NCBI GenBank assembly: GCA_030682175.1
Contig: JAUXOM010000031.1
Coordinates: 1,112 to 65,111, forward strand
DNA from: Rhodocyclaceae bacterium
Lineage (GTDB): Bacteria > Pseudomonadota > Gammaproteobacteria > Burkholderiales > Rhodocyclaceae
Reading direction: 5' to 3'
DNA length: 64,000 nt
Numbering within the stretch: the first letter of the stretch is position 1; every line of letters begins with the position of its first letter. A program made the translations under genes and the position numbers. Below are positions 7,474 through 18,132 of the stretch, piece after piece. The notes beneath the pieces are model-generated. The model was given only the letters and a program-made list of their open reading frames with translations, searched no databases and was not told the DNA's origin.

Positions 7474-9291
7474 ATGAAATCGACTGCCGCCAAAGATGGT
7501 AAAGCAACAAGATCGTTGGCTGACGGGTGGGTGCATTTGTTAGGCTACTACCGCAGCATCCTCATGATATTGTATTTGGCGGCGGGGCTTTTCTTCCTGG
7601 CAATTGCGAGTATCCAGTGGCGGCAGGTAGGCGAAAACACCGACGCTATCGCACGCGAACGCGGTCGTGAACTGTTCGTGCTGATCGAACTGACGCGCGA
7701 CTGGAATGCCAACCACGATGGCGTGTATGTGCCGGTTACCGAGCAGGTCCAGCCCAACCCCTATCTGACTCACCCGAGGCGCGACCAGACGACCAGCGAT
7801 GGCCGCGAACTGACGATGGTCAATCCGTCCTACATGGCCCGGCAGATTGCCGAACTGGCGGGAAAAACCACGGGGGCGCACTTCCGTATCACCAGTCTGA
7901 AGCCCTTGCGGCCCACCAATATGCCCGACCCGTGGGAGGCCGAGACGCTGCAAATGTTCAGCGCGAACAAGACCAAAGAGCGGATCGGCTACGTCGGCGA
8001 ATTTTCCTTCGAGGGGAAGTTGCTGCCTGCCTACCGTTACATGGCGCCCCTGTACATCAAGCCATCCTGCATCGTCTGCCACGAAAAGCTGGGCTACAAG
8101 GTGGGTGACATCCGCGGCGGCATTTCGGTGAGCATGCCGGCCACAGACCTGCTGGCGGCACGCGATCGGGAACGCAAGGGTATGTTGCTTGTCGTGCTGG
8201 CCAGCTTCATCGTCACCAGCGCCTTGCTGCACCTGATGGTCAACCGGGCCCGCCGCCACTACCTGAGCCTGCAACGGCTGGCGAGCCTGCAGGAGGGCAT
8301 CATTGCCGAACGCACGCGCGAGCTCAAGGCAAGCAATGCCGAACTCCAACGCGAGGTGACGGAGCGTCGCCAGCGCGAGGATGAGTTGCGCCTTGCCGAC
8401 GCGGTGTTCGAGAGTGCCGCCGAAGCGATTTTCGTTACCGATGCCGACAACCACATCGTGCGCGTCAATCCGGCCTTTACGGCGATCACCGGCTATGCGG
8501 CCAGCGAAGTGCTGGGCAAGGACCCGTCCCTGCTGAAATCCGGTCGCCACAGCGCGGAGTTTTTTGCCGAGATGTGGGAGTTTTTGCGGTTGCGCGGCCA
8601 TTGGGAAGGCGAAATCTGGAATCGCCACAAGAACGGCGATATTCGCGTCGAATGGCTGTCGATCTCGCGGATTGGCGACGAGCAGAGTGCCGGTCAGTAT
8701 CTGGCGATCTTCCACGACATTTCGCGGCGCAAGGAAGCCGAGGAATTGCTGCGTCACCGGGCGCATCACGATGCCCTGACCGAACTGCCCAACCGCAGTT
8801 TGTTTTACGACCGCCTGCAATCCACCTTCAACCAGGCCAAGCGCTACCATCGTATTTTCGCTTTGCTGCTGGTCGATCTCGATCGTTTCAAAGAGGTGAA
8901 TGACACGCTGGGGCACACGGCCGGCGACGAACTGCTGATCGAGGCGGCGCGGCGTCTGAGCAGTTGCGTGCGCGAATCGGATACCGTGGCGCGACTGGGT
9001 GGCGACGAATTCGCCATCATCCTCTCCGACATGGCGACTGAAGACGAGGCCGAACAGGTGGCTCGCCGCGCGGTACAACTGCTGGCCGAGCCGTACCATC
9101 TGGATGCCGGTACGGCGGGTGTTTCCGGCAGTATCGGCATCGCGCTTTACCCGCAACACGGCCAGGACAGCGAGCAACTGATGCGCAATGCCGACAGCGC
9201 CATGTATGCCGCCAAGACGGGTGGCAGAAATGCATATCACCTGTTTGCGCCGCTCCAGCATGCCGCCAACCGGCAAGGCGATTTGATATAG
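7474..9291 (+). CDS. Diguanylate cyclase with periplasmic DUF3365-like heme c domain and PAS
   Basis: TM, RITSLKPLRP and CIVCH heme motif, TM, PAS (NPAFTAITGY), RESD I-site, GGDEF. Confidence 0.88.
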   Translation: MKSTAAKDGKATRSLADGWVHLLGYYRSILMILYLAAGLFFLAIASIQWRQVGENTDAIARERGRELFVLIELTRDWNANHDGVYVPVTEQVQPNPYLTHPRRDQTTSDGRELTMVNPSYMARQIAELAGKTTGAHFRITSLKPLRPTNMPDPWEAETLQMFSANKTKERIGYVGEFSFEGKLLPAYRYMAPLYIKPSCIVCHEKLGYKVGDIRGGISVSMPATDLLAARDRERKGMLLVVLASFIVTSALLHLMVNRARRHYLSLQRLASLQEGIIAERTRELKASNAELQREVTERRQREDELRLADAVFESAAEAIFVTDADNHIVRVNPAFTAITGYAASEVLGKDPSLLKSGRHSAEFFAEMWEFLRLRGHWEGEIWNRHKNGDIRVEWLSISRIGDEQSAGQYLAIFHDISRRKEAEELLRHRAHHDALTELPNRSLFYDRLQSTFNQAKRYHRIFALLLVDLDRFKEVNDTLGHTAGDELLIEAARRLSSCVRESDTVARLGGDEFAIILSDMATEDEAEQVARRAVQLLAEPYHLDAGTAGVSGSIGIALYPQHGQDSEQLMRNADSAMYAAKTGGRNAYHLFAPLQHAANRQGDLI

Positions 9292-9410
9292 CCAAGCACG
9301 CTGGGCCGCCAAGGTAAATAGCCCATTTGCGCTTGATGGGCATGCAGCCGGTGGCGTTGCGGCCCTCGGTCAGTCGGTTAGAATCGGGTACCGATTTCCG
9401 AAAGGCACCG

Positions 9411-9881
9411 ATGCTTCACGAAGGTCAACCCGCGCCCCAATTCAGCTTGCCCGATGCGGACATGGAAATGTTCGATTCCGCATCCTTGCTGGGCAAGCAG
9501 CACGTCGTGCTGTTCTTTTATCCGAAAGATGGCACGCCCTATTGCACCCTTGAGGCGATTGATTTTTCCGATCATGAGAGCGAGTTCAATCGTCATGGTT
9601 GCGCCGTGATCGGCATATCGCGCGACGATTGCCTGTCTCATGCCGATTTTCGTGACAAGCATGGCCTGTCGATTCGCCTGCTGTCCGACGAGGATGCCGA
9701 GGTCAGCCACAAATTCGGCGTGATGCACTATCGCGAACATGAGGGGCACAAGAAGCTTTTCCTGACCCGCTCGACCTTCGTGATCGACAAGCACGGCATC
9801 ATTCGCCACATCGTTTCCGACGTGAAGCCGAAAGGCCACGCCGCTGAAATCTTTCAACTCGTCAAACGGCTTGGCAAATAG
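9411..9881 (+). CDS. bcp: Peroxiredoxin, BCP type
   Basis: FYPKDGTPYCTLEA (PxxxTxxC), RSTFVIDK. Confidence 0.85.
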   Translation: MLHEGQPAPQFSLPDADMEMFDSASLLGKQHVVLFFYPKDGTPYCTLEAIDFSDHESEFNRHGCAVIGISRDDCLSHADFRDKHGLSIRLLSDEDAEVSHKFGVMHYREHEGHKKLFLTRSTFVIDKHGIIRHIVSDVKPKGHAAEIFQLVKRLGK

Positions 9882-9918
9882 TTGGCCCGCCACGCGCACA
9901 TTAGCCCGCTCTCCCCCA

Positions 9919-9939
9919 TTAAATCACCCGCAGCGGTGA
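9919..9939 (+). repeat. 21-nt hairpin module
   Basis: TTAAATCACCCGCAGCGGTGA, one mismatch to 57800-57820, same CCCCCA^C flanks. Confidence 0.7.
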
Positions 9940-10013
9940 CCGGAGGACGTCGTCGCCCGTGGCGCGGCGTGGCGGGCGACTAGCCCGACAATCATTTCCA
10001 GTAGGAGTTATTT

Positions 10014-10496
10014 ATGCAAATCGATAAACATACAATAGTCACCCTGGCCTATAGCGTCACGGATAGCGAGGGCAATCTGATCGACGCGGGCGAGCATCCG
10101 CTGACCTATCTGCATGGCGGTTATGGCGGCATCTTCGAGAAAATCGAAGAGGAGCTTGTCGGCCAGGTGGCCGGTTTTCAGAAAGCAATCCGCCTGCAGC
10201 CCGAGGAAGCCTTCGGCGAATATGACGCCGAGCTCGTGATGATGGAACCGCGCGACCTGTTCCCGGAAGACATCGAGGTCGGCATGCAGTTCGAGCGCGC
10301 CTCCAGCAAGGAAGACGAAGACGGCATGCTGTTTACCATTACCGACATTGCTGAAGGCAAGGTGGTGGTCGATGGCAATCATCCGCTGGCCGGCATGGCA
10401 CTGGTGTTCTCCTGCACCGTCAGCGATGTGCGTGCTGCCACCCCCGAAGAAATCGAACATGGTCACGCGCACGGCGAGGGCGGGCATCTGCACTAA
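10014..10496 (+). CDS. slyD: FKBP-type peptidyl-prolyl isomerase SlyD
   Basis: YLHG, PEEAFGEYD, VDGNHPLAG, His-rich tail. Confidence 0.93.
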   Translation: MQIDKHTIVTLAYSVTDSEGNLIDAGEHPLTYLHGGYGGIFEKIEEELVGQVAGFQKAIRLQPEEAFGEYDAELVMMEPRDLFPEDIEVGMQFERASSKEDEDGMLFTITDIAEGKVVVDGNHPLAGMALVFSCTVSDVRAATPEEIEHGHAHGEGGHLH

Positions 10497-10502
10497 GTTG
10501 AG

Positions 10503-10710
10503 GCCCGCCCCTCCCATCTTCCCCGCGCGGGGAGGTGACTGTTGACTCGCTGCGCTCGTTTGTTACGGGGAGCGTTGTTTCGACTGGGAAGCGGATTGCG
10601 GCTGACGCCGCGTGCTGCCTTGCCTTGGCAGCTCTCAGGAGGCTATCTGCCTCATCTCTCCCGCGGGGAGAGAGGTCGGGAGAGCGGGATTGGCCCGGCG
10701 ACGAGGCTGC
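10503..10710 (+). repeat. Structured intergenic element, copy B
   Basis: Same conserved blocks as copy A, with an extra insertion inside the CTTGG...GGCCCGGCG loop. Confidence 0.8.
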
Positions 10711-10724
10711 CGGGGGGGCGTTAA

Positions 10725-11603
10725 TTGTCCGAGCGCTGGAGCGGGGTGTTGTGGATTGTCCTGTCGGCGGCGGGATTCGGCGCCATGGCGATCTTCGCCA
10801 AGCTGGCCTATCAGGACGGCGTTTCTCTTTCCACCATGTTGTTCCTGCGATTCAGCTTCGCCGGCCTGCTGCTGGCCGCCTGGGGCATGGCGCACGGCAT
10901 GCGTTGGCCACGCGGGCGCGATCTGCTCTGGCTGTTGGCCATGGGTGGCGTGGGCTATGTCGGGCAGGCCTATTGTTATTTCTCCGCCCTGCAACATGCC
11001 AGCGCCGGACTCGTGGCCCTGCTGCTTTACCTCTATCCGGCGATTGTCACGCTGTTGTCGGCGCTGGCTTTCGGCCGTCGCATCGGCCCCGCCCGCGGCT
11101 GGGCGGTGGCCGTGGCGCTGGCGGGCACGGCCTTGACGGTGGGTGGCGACCTGAACAGCGCGCCGCTGGGGATTGCGCTGGGCATCGGCGCCGCGCTGAT
11201 CTATTCGATCTACATCCTGGCTGGCGAGGGCGTGATGCGGCGGGTGCCGCCACTGCCGGCCGCGACGGTGGTGATGCTGGCCGCCGCTGCAGTGTATGGC
11301 GGGGCAGCGTTCAATGCCGGTCTGGCGCCGCCGGCAACATCCGCGGGGTGGCTGGCGGTGCTGGCGATTGCGATTTTCTCTACCCTGCTGGCGATCCTGG
11401 GTTTCCTCAAGGGCATGGAAAAACTCGGTGCCACCGATGCCTCGACGCTATCCACGCTGGAGCCGCTGATCACGATCGGCCTGGCCGCCATCGTGCTGGG
11501 CGAAGTGGTCAGCGAACTGCAACTGGTCGGCGGCGGATTGATACTGGCGGCGATCATCTTCCTCGCCCGGCACGGCGCGCGCCGGGTGGCTACTACAGAG
11601 TAA
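10725..11603 (+). CDS. DMT/EamA family transporter
   Basis: About 10 hydrophobic helices in two EamA repeats; TTG start. Confidence 0.88.
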   Translation: MSERWSGVLWIVLSAAGFGAMAIFAKLAYQDGVSLSTMLFLRFSFAGLLLAAWGMAHGMRWPRGRDLLWLLAMGGVGYVGQAYCYFSALQHASAGLVALLLYLYPAIVTLLSALAFGRRIGPARGWAVAVALAGTALTVGGDLNSAPLGIALGIGAALIYSIYILAGEGVMRRVPPLPAATVVMLAAAAVYGGAAFNAGLAPPATSAGWLAVLAIAIFSTLLAILGFLKGMEKLGATDASTLSTLEPLITIGLAAIVLGEVVSELQLVGGGLILAAIIFLARHGARRVATTE

Positions 11604-11674
11604 CCAGTCATGCGCCGAGCCGTCTCAAGCATGGCGCAGCCAGGCAGCCGGAGCCGCGCAGCGGCGAACCGGTG

Positions 11675-12481
11675 TCACCCCCGTCCGGGCGGGGGGTGGG
11701 GGGTGCGGACCAGTTGCGCCACACCGCTGCGTGCGGCCAGTGCGTGCAAACCCAGTGCCGGCAGCGCGGCGTACAGCCGCTCGGGATGGGCGGTGGCCTG
11801 CAGAATCAGTTGCCCCTGACCCGCGGCATGCTCCCCACCGAGGCGCACCACCTGGCGCGCGACCGCTTCGGCGACATCCACCAGTTCTGCCTGACCCTTC
11901 AACCGGGGTGCGATGAGCGGTGCCAGAAAGGCGTAATGCGTGCAGCCCAGCACCAGCCGGTCGACGCCGGAGGCAATCAGCGGATCGATCTTTGCCGCAA
12001 TTTCGTTGCGAAATTCAGGCGTGTCCGCCTGCAGGGTTTCGACATGGGTGGCCCAGCCGGGGCAGGGCACGATGTCGACCCGGCTGCCAGCGGCATGCCG
12101 TTCGATCAGTTCGGCGAGGCGTTGGCTGCGTGCGGTGGATTCGGTCACCAGCACGGCAATGTGGCGTGACAGTGAAGACTGTGCCGCCGGCTTGACGCCC
12201 GGTTCCACGCCGACCACCGGTATTCCCGGTAAGTGATCGCGCAGAGCCTGGATGGCCGCCGTGGTGGCCGTGTTGCAGGCGACCACCAGGAGGGTGCAGC
12301 CCTGATCCGCCAGATGTTGTCCGATGGCGAGCACACGGCCGGTGATGAAGCTGTCGGGCTTGTCGCCATAGGGAACATGGGCGGAATCGGCCAGATACAG
12401 CAGGTCGGCGCGCGGCAGGGCGGCGGCGATGGCCGCCAGCACCGAGAGCCCGCCGAGGCCGGAATCGAACACGCCGATCAT
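11675..12481 (-). CDS. murI: Glutamate racemase
   Basis: MIGVFDSGLGGLSV, VACNTAT, VLGCTHY. Confidence 0.95.
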   Translation of the reverse strand: MIGVFDSGLGGLSVLAAIAAALPRADLLYLADSAHVPYGDKPDSFITGRVLAIGQHLADQGCTLLVVACNTATTAAIQALRDHLPGIPVVGVEPGVKPAAQSSLSRHIAVLVTESTARSQRLAELIERHAAGSRVDIVPCPGWATHVETLQADTPEFRNEIAAKIDPLIASGVDRLVLGCTHYAFLAPLIAPRLKGQAELVDVAEAVARQVVRLGGEHAAGQGQLILQATAHPERLYAALPALGLHALAARSGVAQLVRTPHPPPGRG

Positions 12482-12487
12482 GTGTTT

Positions 12488-12715
12488 GCCCGCCCCCCTT
12501 TGTGCGCCGTTGGCGCATCCCTCGCTTCGCTCAGGACCGCTGCTACGCAGCGTCCTGCGGCCTGCGGCCTTGTGCCCCCCTCGCGGGGGGTTCTCGTTTG
12601 CGCGCTGCGCGCGGCTATTACGGGGTGCTTCGTTTGGCTGCAGAGCGGGTTGCGCCTGGCGGCGCGTGCCGCGTTTGCTTGGGGCGGCACTGCGCAAACA
12701 CTGCGGTGTGTCACG
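12488..12715 (+). repeat. Structured intergenic element, copy C
   Basis: Closely similar to 43327-43565, including the internal CTCGCTTCGCTCAGGACC...GTCCTGCGGCCTGCGGCCT module. Confidence 0.85.
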
Positions 12716-12755
12716 TTCATCGTCGTTGCTGGCGAGTTGGCGCGGGGAATCAGGC

Positions 12756-13238
12756 TCACTGCGGCTTCGCCTTCAGCAGCATGGTGTCGGCGGTCTGGAT
12801 CACCTCAAGATGGCGCAGCACGTTCTGGCCGAGCAGCGCTTCGGTGCCCAGGTTCGCCATGACCATCACGCGCACGTCGCGCACGACGATGCTGCCGAGG
12901 CTGAGTTCCCGGGCCTGGGTTTCTTCGGCATGGGCCAGGCCGTTGGCCGTCTGCAGGGTGGTGGGCCTGCCGCGCGGCAGGTTCAGGCGCCGCGCCATGT
13001 CAGCGCCAATCGCGACCGTGCTGGCACCGGTGTCGATCATGAAGGTGACCGGCTGAGCGTTGATGGCGCCGGCCACATAAAAGTGGCCGTTGCGCGAACG
13101 GGGTATCTCGATGCTGGCGGCGCCGTTCTCGGCCACGCCGATCTTGGGTTCGAGTTGTCCATCAATGACGACGTAGAAGATGCCGAACAGGATGCACCAG
13201 ACAATGCCGGCAACGTAGTGTTTGCTGGCAAGGTTCAT
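12756..13238 (-). CDS. Retropepsin-like aspartic protease (clan AA)
   Basis: GHF, FMIDTGASTVAI, LLGQNVL; N-terminal TM. Confidence 0.9.
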   Translation of the reverse strand: MNLASKHYVAGIVWCILFGIFYVVIDGQLEPKIGVAENGAASIEIPRSRNGHFYVAGAINAQPVTFMIDTGASTVAIGADMARRLNLPRGRPTTLQTANGLAHAEETQARELSLGSIVVRDVRVMVMANLGTEALLGQNVLRHLEVIQTADTMLLKAKPQ

Positions 13239-13253
13239 CGGCGGGTCGGAAGC

Positions 13254-13278
13254 AAAAGTCGGCGCTGGCGGGACGGCG
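13254..13278 (+). repeat. Core motif copy
   Basis: AAAAGTCGGCGCTGGCGGGACGGCG, perfect match. Confidence 0.9.
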
Positions 13279-13302
13279 TTGGGGGGCGCGGGGCGATCTG
13301 CC

Positions 13303-14826
13303 TCAGGCCACGACCACCGGAATCTTGCCGATCTTCGCCTGCCATTCCCGCGGCCCGGTGTTGTGCACCGAGGTGCCGGTGGAATCGACGGCGACGGTCA
13401 CTGGCATGTCGGCCACCTCGAATTCGTAGATCGCTTCCATGCCCAGGTCGGCGAAGGCGACCACCTTGGCCGACTTGATGGCCTTGGAGACCAGATAGGC
13501 GGCGCCACCGACGGCCATCAGATAAGCCGACTTGTGCTGCTTGATCGACTCGATGGCGGCCGGACCGCGTTCCGCCTTGCCGACCATGGAGATGAGGCCG
13601 GTTTGCGACAGCATCATTTCGACGAACTTGTCCATGCGCGTGGCGGTGGTCGGTCCGGCGGGACCGACGGCTTCGTCGCGCACCGGATCGACCGGGCCGA
13701 CATAGTAGATGACGCGATTGGTGAAATCGACCGGCAGCATCTCGCCCTGCGCCAGCATTTCCTGAATGCGCTTGTGGGCGGCATCGCGCCCGGTGAACAT
13801 CTTGCCGTTGAGCAGCAGGGTCTGCCCCGGCTGCCAGGCGGCAACCTCGGCCGGCGTGAGGGTGTCGAGATTGACGCGCGTCGAGGTCTGCGTATTCGGC
13901 GCCCAGGCGACTTGCGGCCATTGGTCGAGACGTGGAGGCGTCAGCTTGGCCGGTCCGGAGCCATCGAGATGGAAATGGATGTGGCGGGTCGCCGCGCAGT
14001 TGGGAATCAGCGCCACCGGCAGGCTGGCGGCGTGCGTCGGGTAATCCAGGATCTTGACGTCGAGCACGGTGGTGAGGCCACCGAGGCCTTGCGCACCGAT
14101 GCCGAGCGCGTTGACCTTGTCATAGAGTTCAAGGCGCAGTTCCTCGCTGCGATTTGCCGGACCGCGCTTGATCAAATCCTGGATGTCCACCGGCGCCATC
14201 AGCGCTTCTTTCGCCAGCAGCATGGCCTTTTCCGGCGTGCCGCCGATGCCGATGCCGAGAATGCCCGGCGGGCACCAGCCGGCGCCCATCGTCGGCAGGG
14301 TTTTCAGCACCCAGTCGACGATGGAATCCGAGGGATTCAGCATGACCATCTTCGCCTTGTTTTCAGAGCCGCCGCCCTTTGCCGCACAGATTACCTCGAC
14401 CTGGTCGCCCGCAACCATTTCGGTGTGGATGACGGCGGGGGTGTTGTCCTTGCTGTTGATGCGCTTGCCAGCCGGATCGAGCAGCACCGAGGCACGCAGC
14501 TTGTTGTCGGGATGCAGATAGGCGCGCCGCACGCCTTCATCGACCATTTCCTGAATGCTCAGCGTGGCATCCCATTGCGCGTGCATGCCGATCTTGAGGA
14601 ACACCACGGCGATGCCGGTATCCTGGCAGATCGGCCGCTTGCCTTCGGCGCACATGCGGCTGTTGGTGAGGATCTGGGCGATGGCATCCTTCGCGGCGGG
14701 GCTTTCCTCGCGTTCGTAGGCATGGCCAAGCGCCTGGATGTAGTCGAGCGGGTGGTAGTAGCTGATGAACTGGAAGGCGTCGAAAATCGACTGGATGAAA
14801 TCGTCCTGGCGGATGGGTGCGGACAT
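13303..14826 (-). CDS. fumA: Fumarate hydratase class I (Fe-S)
   Basis: RPICQDTG, KGGGSEN, CPP, GRDAAH, GPTTATRMD. Confidence 0.93.
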   Translation of the reverse strand: MSAPIRQDDFIQSIFDAFQFISYYHPLDYIQALGHAYEREESPAAKDAIAQILTNSRMCAEGKRPICQDTGIAVVFLKIGMHAQWDATLSIQEMVDEGVRRAYLHPDNKLRASVLLDPAGKRINSKDNTPAVIHTEMVAGDQVEVICAAKGGGSENKAKMVMLNPSDSIVDWVLKTLPTMGAGWCPPGILGIGIGGTPEKAMLLAKEALMAPVDIQDLIKRGPANRSEELRLELYDKVNALGIGAQGLGGLTTVLDVKILDYPTHAASLPVALIPNCAATRHIHFHLDGSGPAKLTPPRLDQWPQVAWAPNTQTSTRVNLDTLTPAEVAAWQPGQTLLLNGKMFTGRDAAHKRIQEMLAQGEMLPVDFTNRVIYYVGPVDPVRDEAVGPAGPTTATRMDKFVEMMLSQTGLISMVGKAERGPAAIESIKQHKSAYLMAVGGAAYLVSKAIKSAKVVAFADLGMEAIYEFEVADMPVTVAVDSTGTSVHNTGPREWQAKIGKIPVVVA

Positions 14827-14840
14827 GGCGGAACTCCCGG

Positions 14841-15368
14841 TTAGTGTTTGGCTTGACTGCTGATGGCCAGTGTCTGCACCATGAGCTTGTCGGTCCAGGC
14901 GATGGACAGCGCCGAGACGAGGAAGGCGACATGGATCGCGACCTGGATGATGACCACCCGGTCTTCGGTCTGCGGCGCGTTGATGAAGGTGCGCAGCAGG
15001 TGGATGGAGGAGATGCTGATCAGGGCCACCGCCAGCTTGACCTTGAGCACGCCGGCATTGACGTGGGAGAGCCACTCGGGCTGGTCGGGGTTGCCGCGCA
15101 GGTCAAGCTTGGAAACGAAGGTCTCGTAGCCGCCGATGGTGACCATGGTCAGCAGGTTGGCGATCATCACCACATCGATCAGGCCCAGCACGATCAGCAT
15201 CACTTCGGTTTCGGAAAGCGTGCCGGTCTTGGTGACCAGGATGATCAGTTCGTGCATGAACTGATAGACATACACGCCCTGCGCGACGATCAGGCCGAGG
15301 TAGAGCGGTGCCTGCAGCCAGCGGCTCCAGAAGATGAAGGCTTCCATTGCATGCACGGGTTTTGCCAC
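14841..15368 (-). CDS. TIGR00645/YqhA-like membrane protein
   Basis: SRWLQAPLYLGL, LIDVVMIANL, GGYETFVS, LKVKLA; start codon uncertain. Confidence 0.85.
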   Translation of the reverse strand: MAKPVHAMEAFIFWSRWLQAPLYLGLIVAQGVYVYQFMHELIILVTKTGTLSETEVMLIVLGLIDVVMIANLLTMVTIGGYETFVSKLDLRGNPDQPEWLSHVNAGVLKVKLAVALISISSIHLLRTFINAPQTEDRVVIIQVAIHVAFLVSALSIAWTDKLMVQTLAISSQAKH

Positions 15369-15647
15369 GGGGACCTCTGGGGAAGAGTGTATGAAAAAGA
15401 CTGCTGATTTTACACGGCACGGTGCCTGAGCCGGCTGGGCGATAATGCCTTCGTAAGAGGCGTGTAAGCTTTGTCGGTTGTAATAATCGGATAAAATCAG
15501 CGCTTGAAAGCAATCCGTTGGCAACGCTTGTCGCGGCTTGCTCCGGAGCAGTCCGGGACGATTCAAGCACTATTCTGGAACTGTCCGCCAACTGGTTTGA
15601 CTGGTTGGCGCCGGTTCCGCAACTTTACTGCAAGAGGAGAAACCTCA

Positions 15648-17630
15648 ATGAGTGGTATCGAATCGGTGATGCATGAAGCCCGTGTCTTTCCTCCTTCCGA
15701 AGATGTCGTCAAGCGCGCCACCATCTCCGGCATGGCGGCCTACGATGCCTTGTGCAAGGAAGCAGAGCAGGACTACCAGGGTTACTGGGGGCGGCTGGCC
15801 AAGGAGCACGTGGTATGGCAGCAGCCCTTTACCCAGGTGCTGGATGAATCGAATGTGCCGTTTTACAGATGGTTTGCCGACGGCAAGCTGAACGTTTCCT
15901 ACAATTGCCTCGACAAAAACGTCGAGGCCGGTCTGGGCGACAAGGTCGCCATCATCTTCGAAGCCGACGACGGCACGGTCACCCCGGTGACCTACAAGGA
16001 TCTGCTGACCCGCGTCGCCAAGTTTGCCAATGCACTCAAGGCAAAAGGCATCCAGAAGGGTGACCGCGTCCTGATCTACATGCCGATGTCCATCGAGGGC
16101 ATCGTTGCCATGCAGGCCTGCGCCCGCATCGGCGCAATCCATTCCGTCGTGTTTGGCGGCTTCTCGGCCAAGTCGGTACAGGAGCGCATCCAGGACGCCG
16201 GTGCCGTTGCCGTGATCACCGCCGACGAGCAGTGCCGCGGTGGCAAGCGCATCCCCCTCAAGCCTGCCGTCGATGAAGCACTCACCATGGGGGGCTGCGG
16301 GTCGTGCAAGACCGTCTTCGTCGCCAAGCGTACCGGCGGCGCCTGCAACATGGTGGAAGGCCGCGACGTCTGGTGGCATGAAATTGCCGACAGCCAATCC
16401 GAAACCTGCGAGCCCGAATGGGTCGATGCCGAGCATCCCTTGTTCCTGCTTTACACCTCCGGTTCGACCGGCAAGCCGAAGGGCGTGCAGCACAGTTCCG
16501 GCGGCTATCTGCTGCAAGCCATCCTGAGCACGCGCTGGACCTTCGACCTCAAGAAGGACGATATCTTCTGGTGCACCGCTGACATCGGCTGGGTTACCGG
16601 CCACACCTACATTGCCTATGGCCCGCTGGCCTGCGGCGCCACCGAAATCGTTTTCGAAGGCGTGCCGACCTATCCGGACGCCGGCCGTTTCTGGCGCATG
16701 ATCCAGGACCACAAGGCGACGATTTTCTACACCGCGCCGACGGCGATTCGCTCACTGATCAAGGCCTCCGAAGTCACCCCTGCCACCCATCCGCGCAACT
16801 ATGACCTCAAGTCGCTGCGCATCCTGGGTTCGGTCGGCGAACCGATCAACCCCGAGGCCTGGATGTGGTACTACGAAAACGTTGGCGGCAGCCGTTGCCC
16901 GGTGGTGGACACCTTCTGGCAGACCGAGACCGGCGCCCACATGATCACCCCGCTGCCCGGCGCTACACCGCTGGTGCCGGGTTCGTGCACCCTGCCGTTC
17001 CCGGGCATCCAGGCGGCCATCGTCGATGAGACCGGCCACGATGTCGCCTGGGGGAATGGCGGCTTCCTGGTCGTCAAGAAACCCTGGCCATCGATGATCC
17101 GCACCATTTACGGCGATCCTGAACGCTTCAAGGCATCTTATTACCCGGCCGACTTTGGCGGCAATCTCTACCTCGCCGGCGACGGTGCAATTCGTGACGC
17201 CAAGACCGGCTACTTCACCATCATGGGCCGCATCGACGACGTGCTGAACGTCTCCGGCCATCGCATGGGCACGATGGAAATCGAATCCGCGCTGGTCTCC
17301 AATCCGATGGTGGCCGAAGCGGCCGTGGTCGGTCGTCCCGACGATGTGACCGGTGAGGCGATCTGCGCCTTCGTCGTGCTCAAGCAATCGCGCCCCTCGG
17401 GTGAAGAAGCCAAGAAGATCGCCACTGAGCTGCGTAACTGGGTCGGCAAGGAAATCGGTCCGATCGCCAAGCCGCGCGATATCCGTTTCGGCGAAAACCT
17501 GCCGAAGACGCGTTCCGGCAAGATTATGCGGCGCTTGCTGCGCGCCCTCGCCAAGGGCGAAGAAATCACGCAAGATGTGTCTACATTAGAGAATCCCGCG
17601 ATTCTGGATCAGCTCAAACAGGGCATCTAA
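15648..17630 (+). CDS. acs: Acetyl-CoA synthetase
   Basis: [43 protein letters not shown]; GAGGAG RBS. Confidence 0.97.
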   Translation: MSGIESVMHEARVFPPSEDVVKRATISGMAAYDALCKEAEQDYQGYWGRLAKEHVVWQQPFTQVLDESNVPFYRWFADGKLNVSYNCLDKNVEAGLGDKVAIIFEADDGTVTPVTYKDLLTRVAKFANALKAKGIQKGDRVLIYMPMSIEGIVAMQACARIGAIHSVVFGGFSAKSVQERIQDAGAVAVITADEQCRGGKRIPLKPAVDEALTMGGCGSCKTVFVAKRTGGACNMVEGRDVWWHEIADSQSETCEPEWVDAEHPLFLLYTSGSTGKPKGVQHSSGGYLLQAILSTRWTFDLKKDDIFWCTADIGWVTGHTYIAYGPLACGATEIVFEGVPTYPDAGRFWRMIQDHKATIFYTAPTAIRSLIKASEVTPATHPRNYDLKSLRILGSVGEPINPEAWMWYYENVGGSRCPVVDTFWQTETGAHMITPLPGATPLVPGSCTLPFPGIQAAIVDETGHDVAWGNGGFLVVKKPWPSMIRTIYGDPERFKASYYPADFGGNLYLAGDGAIRDAKTGYFTIMGRIDDVLNVSGHRMGTMEIESALVSNPMVAEAAVVGRPDDVTGEAICAFVVLKQSRPSGEEAKKIATELRNWVGKEIGPIAKPRDIRFGENLPKTRSGKIMRRLLRALAKGEEITQDVSTLENPAILDQLKQGI

Positions 17631-17656
17631 TCCAGAACCAGGACCGGAGGAGGAAC

Positions 17657-17806
17657 ATGATGGGCGCCCGCCACAAGCGAGCGCCCATTTCATTTGCAGA
17701 ACCCGTTAGCGAAAACTTGAGTCTGCATGACGGCAAAGCAACAGTGGTTTTCCCCTCATTCTTGGCCTTGAGTCGAGCCAGGCGGCGGCGCAGGATGTGC
17801 CTGTAG
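17657..17806 (+). CDS. Putative small protein (49 aa), below ORF-track threshold
   Basis: GGAGGAGG at 17646-17653; MMGARHKRAPISFAEPVSENLSLHDGKATVVFPSFLALSRARRRRRMCL. Confidence 0.4.
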   Translation: MMGARHKRAPISFAEPVSENLSLHDGKATVVFPSFLALSRARRRRRMCL

Positions 17807-17835
17807 TCAATCCCGTCGTTTCGTTGAGGTGAACC

Positions 17836-18051
17836 ATGATCATCCAGTCGGTTGAACTGGTGGCGCTGCCGGATGCGCCTGCCTATCAGGAGAAAATTTA
17901 TCGCGCCCACCTGGATACCGGTGAGGACGTGGATCTGTTTCAGCAGCACTGGGATGTGCCGCTGCCGCCAGAGTCACTGGTGGGATTGACCCCCGCCGAA
18001 GCGCGCCGCAAACGCGCTGAAAAAATGCTGGCCGCCGCCGGCGTTCACTGA
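17836..18051 (+). CDS. Hypothetical protein (71 aa)
   Basis: GAGGTG RBS, plausible codon usage, no motif recognised. Confidence 0.55.
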   Translation: MIIQSVELVALPDAPAYQEKIYRAHLDTGEDVDLFQQHWDVPLPPESLVGLTPAEARRKRAEKMLAAAGVH

Positions 18052-18132
18052 CACGATTTCTGTCATTGCCATCAAGTTCCGCGTGGCGCTGCCGTTGTAG
18101 GCGTATCCGGTTGAATTTGAGGGGAGCTAACC

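Noticed and set aside
11058-11069. GTCGGCGCTGGC in the EamA gene
   Set aside because: Lacks the A-run and the 3' half; explained by common Ser-Ala-Leu-Ala codons
12482-12697. 73-aa N-terminal extension of MurI in the ORF track
   Set aside because: It is repeat copy C read through by chance; MurI homology starts at MIGVFDSG (12481)
17662-17690. Rho-independent terminator after acs
   Set aside because: Imperfect stem, weak U-tract, and it overlaps a small ORF with a strong RBS; left unresolved
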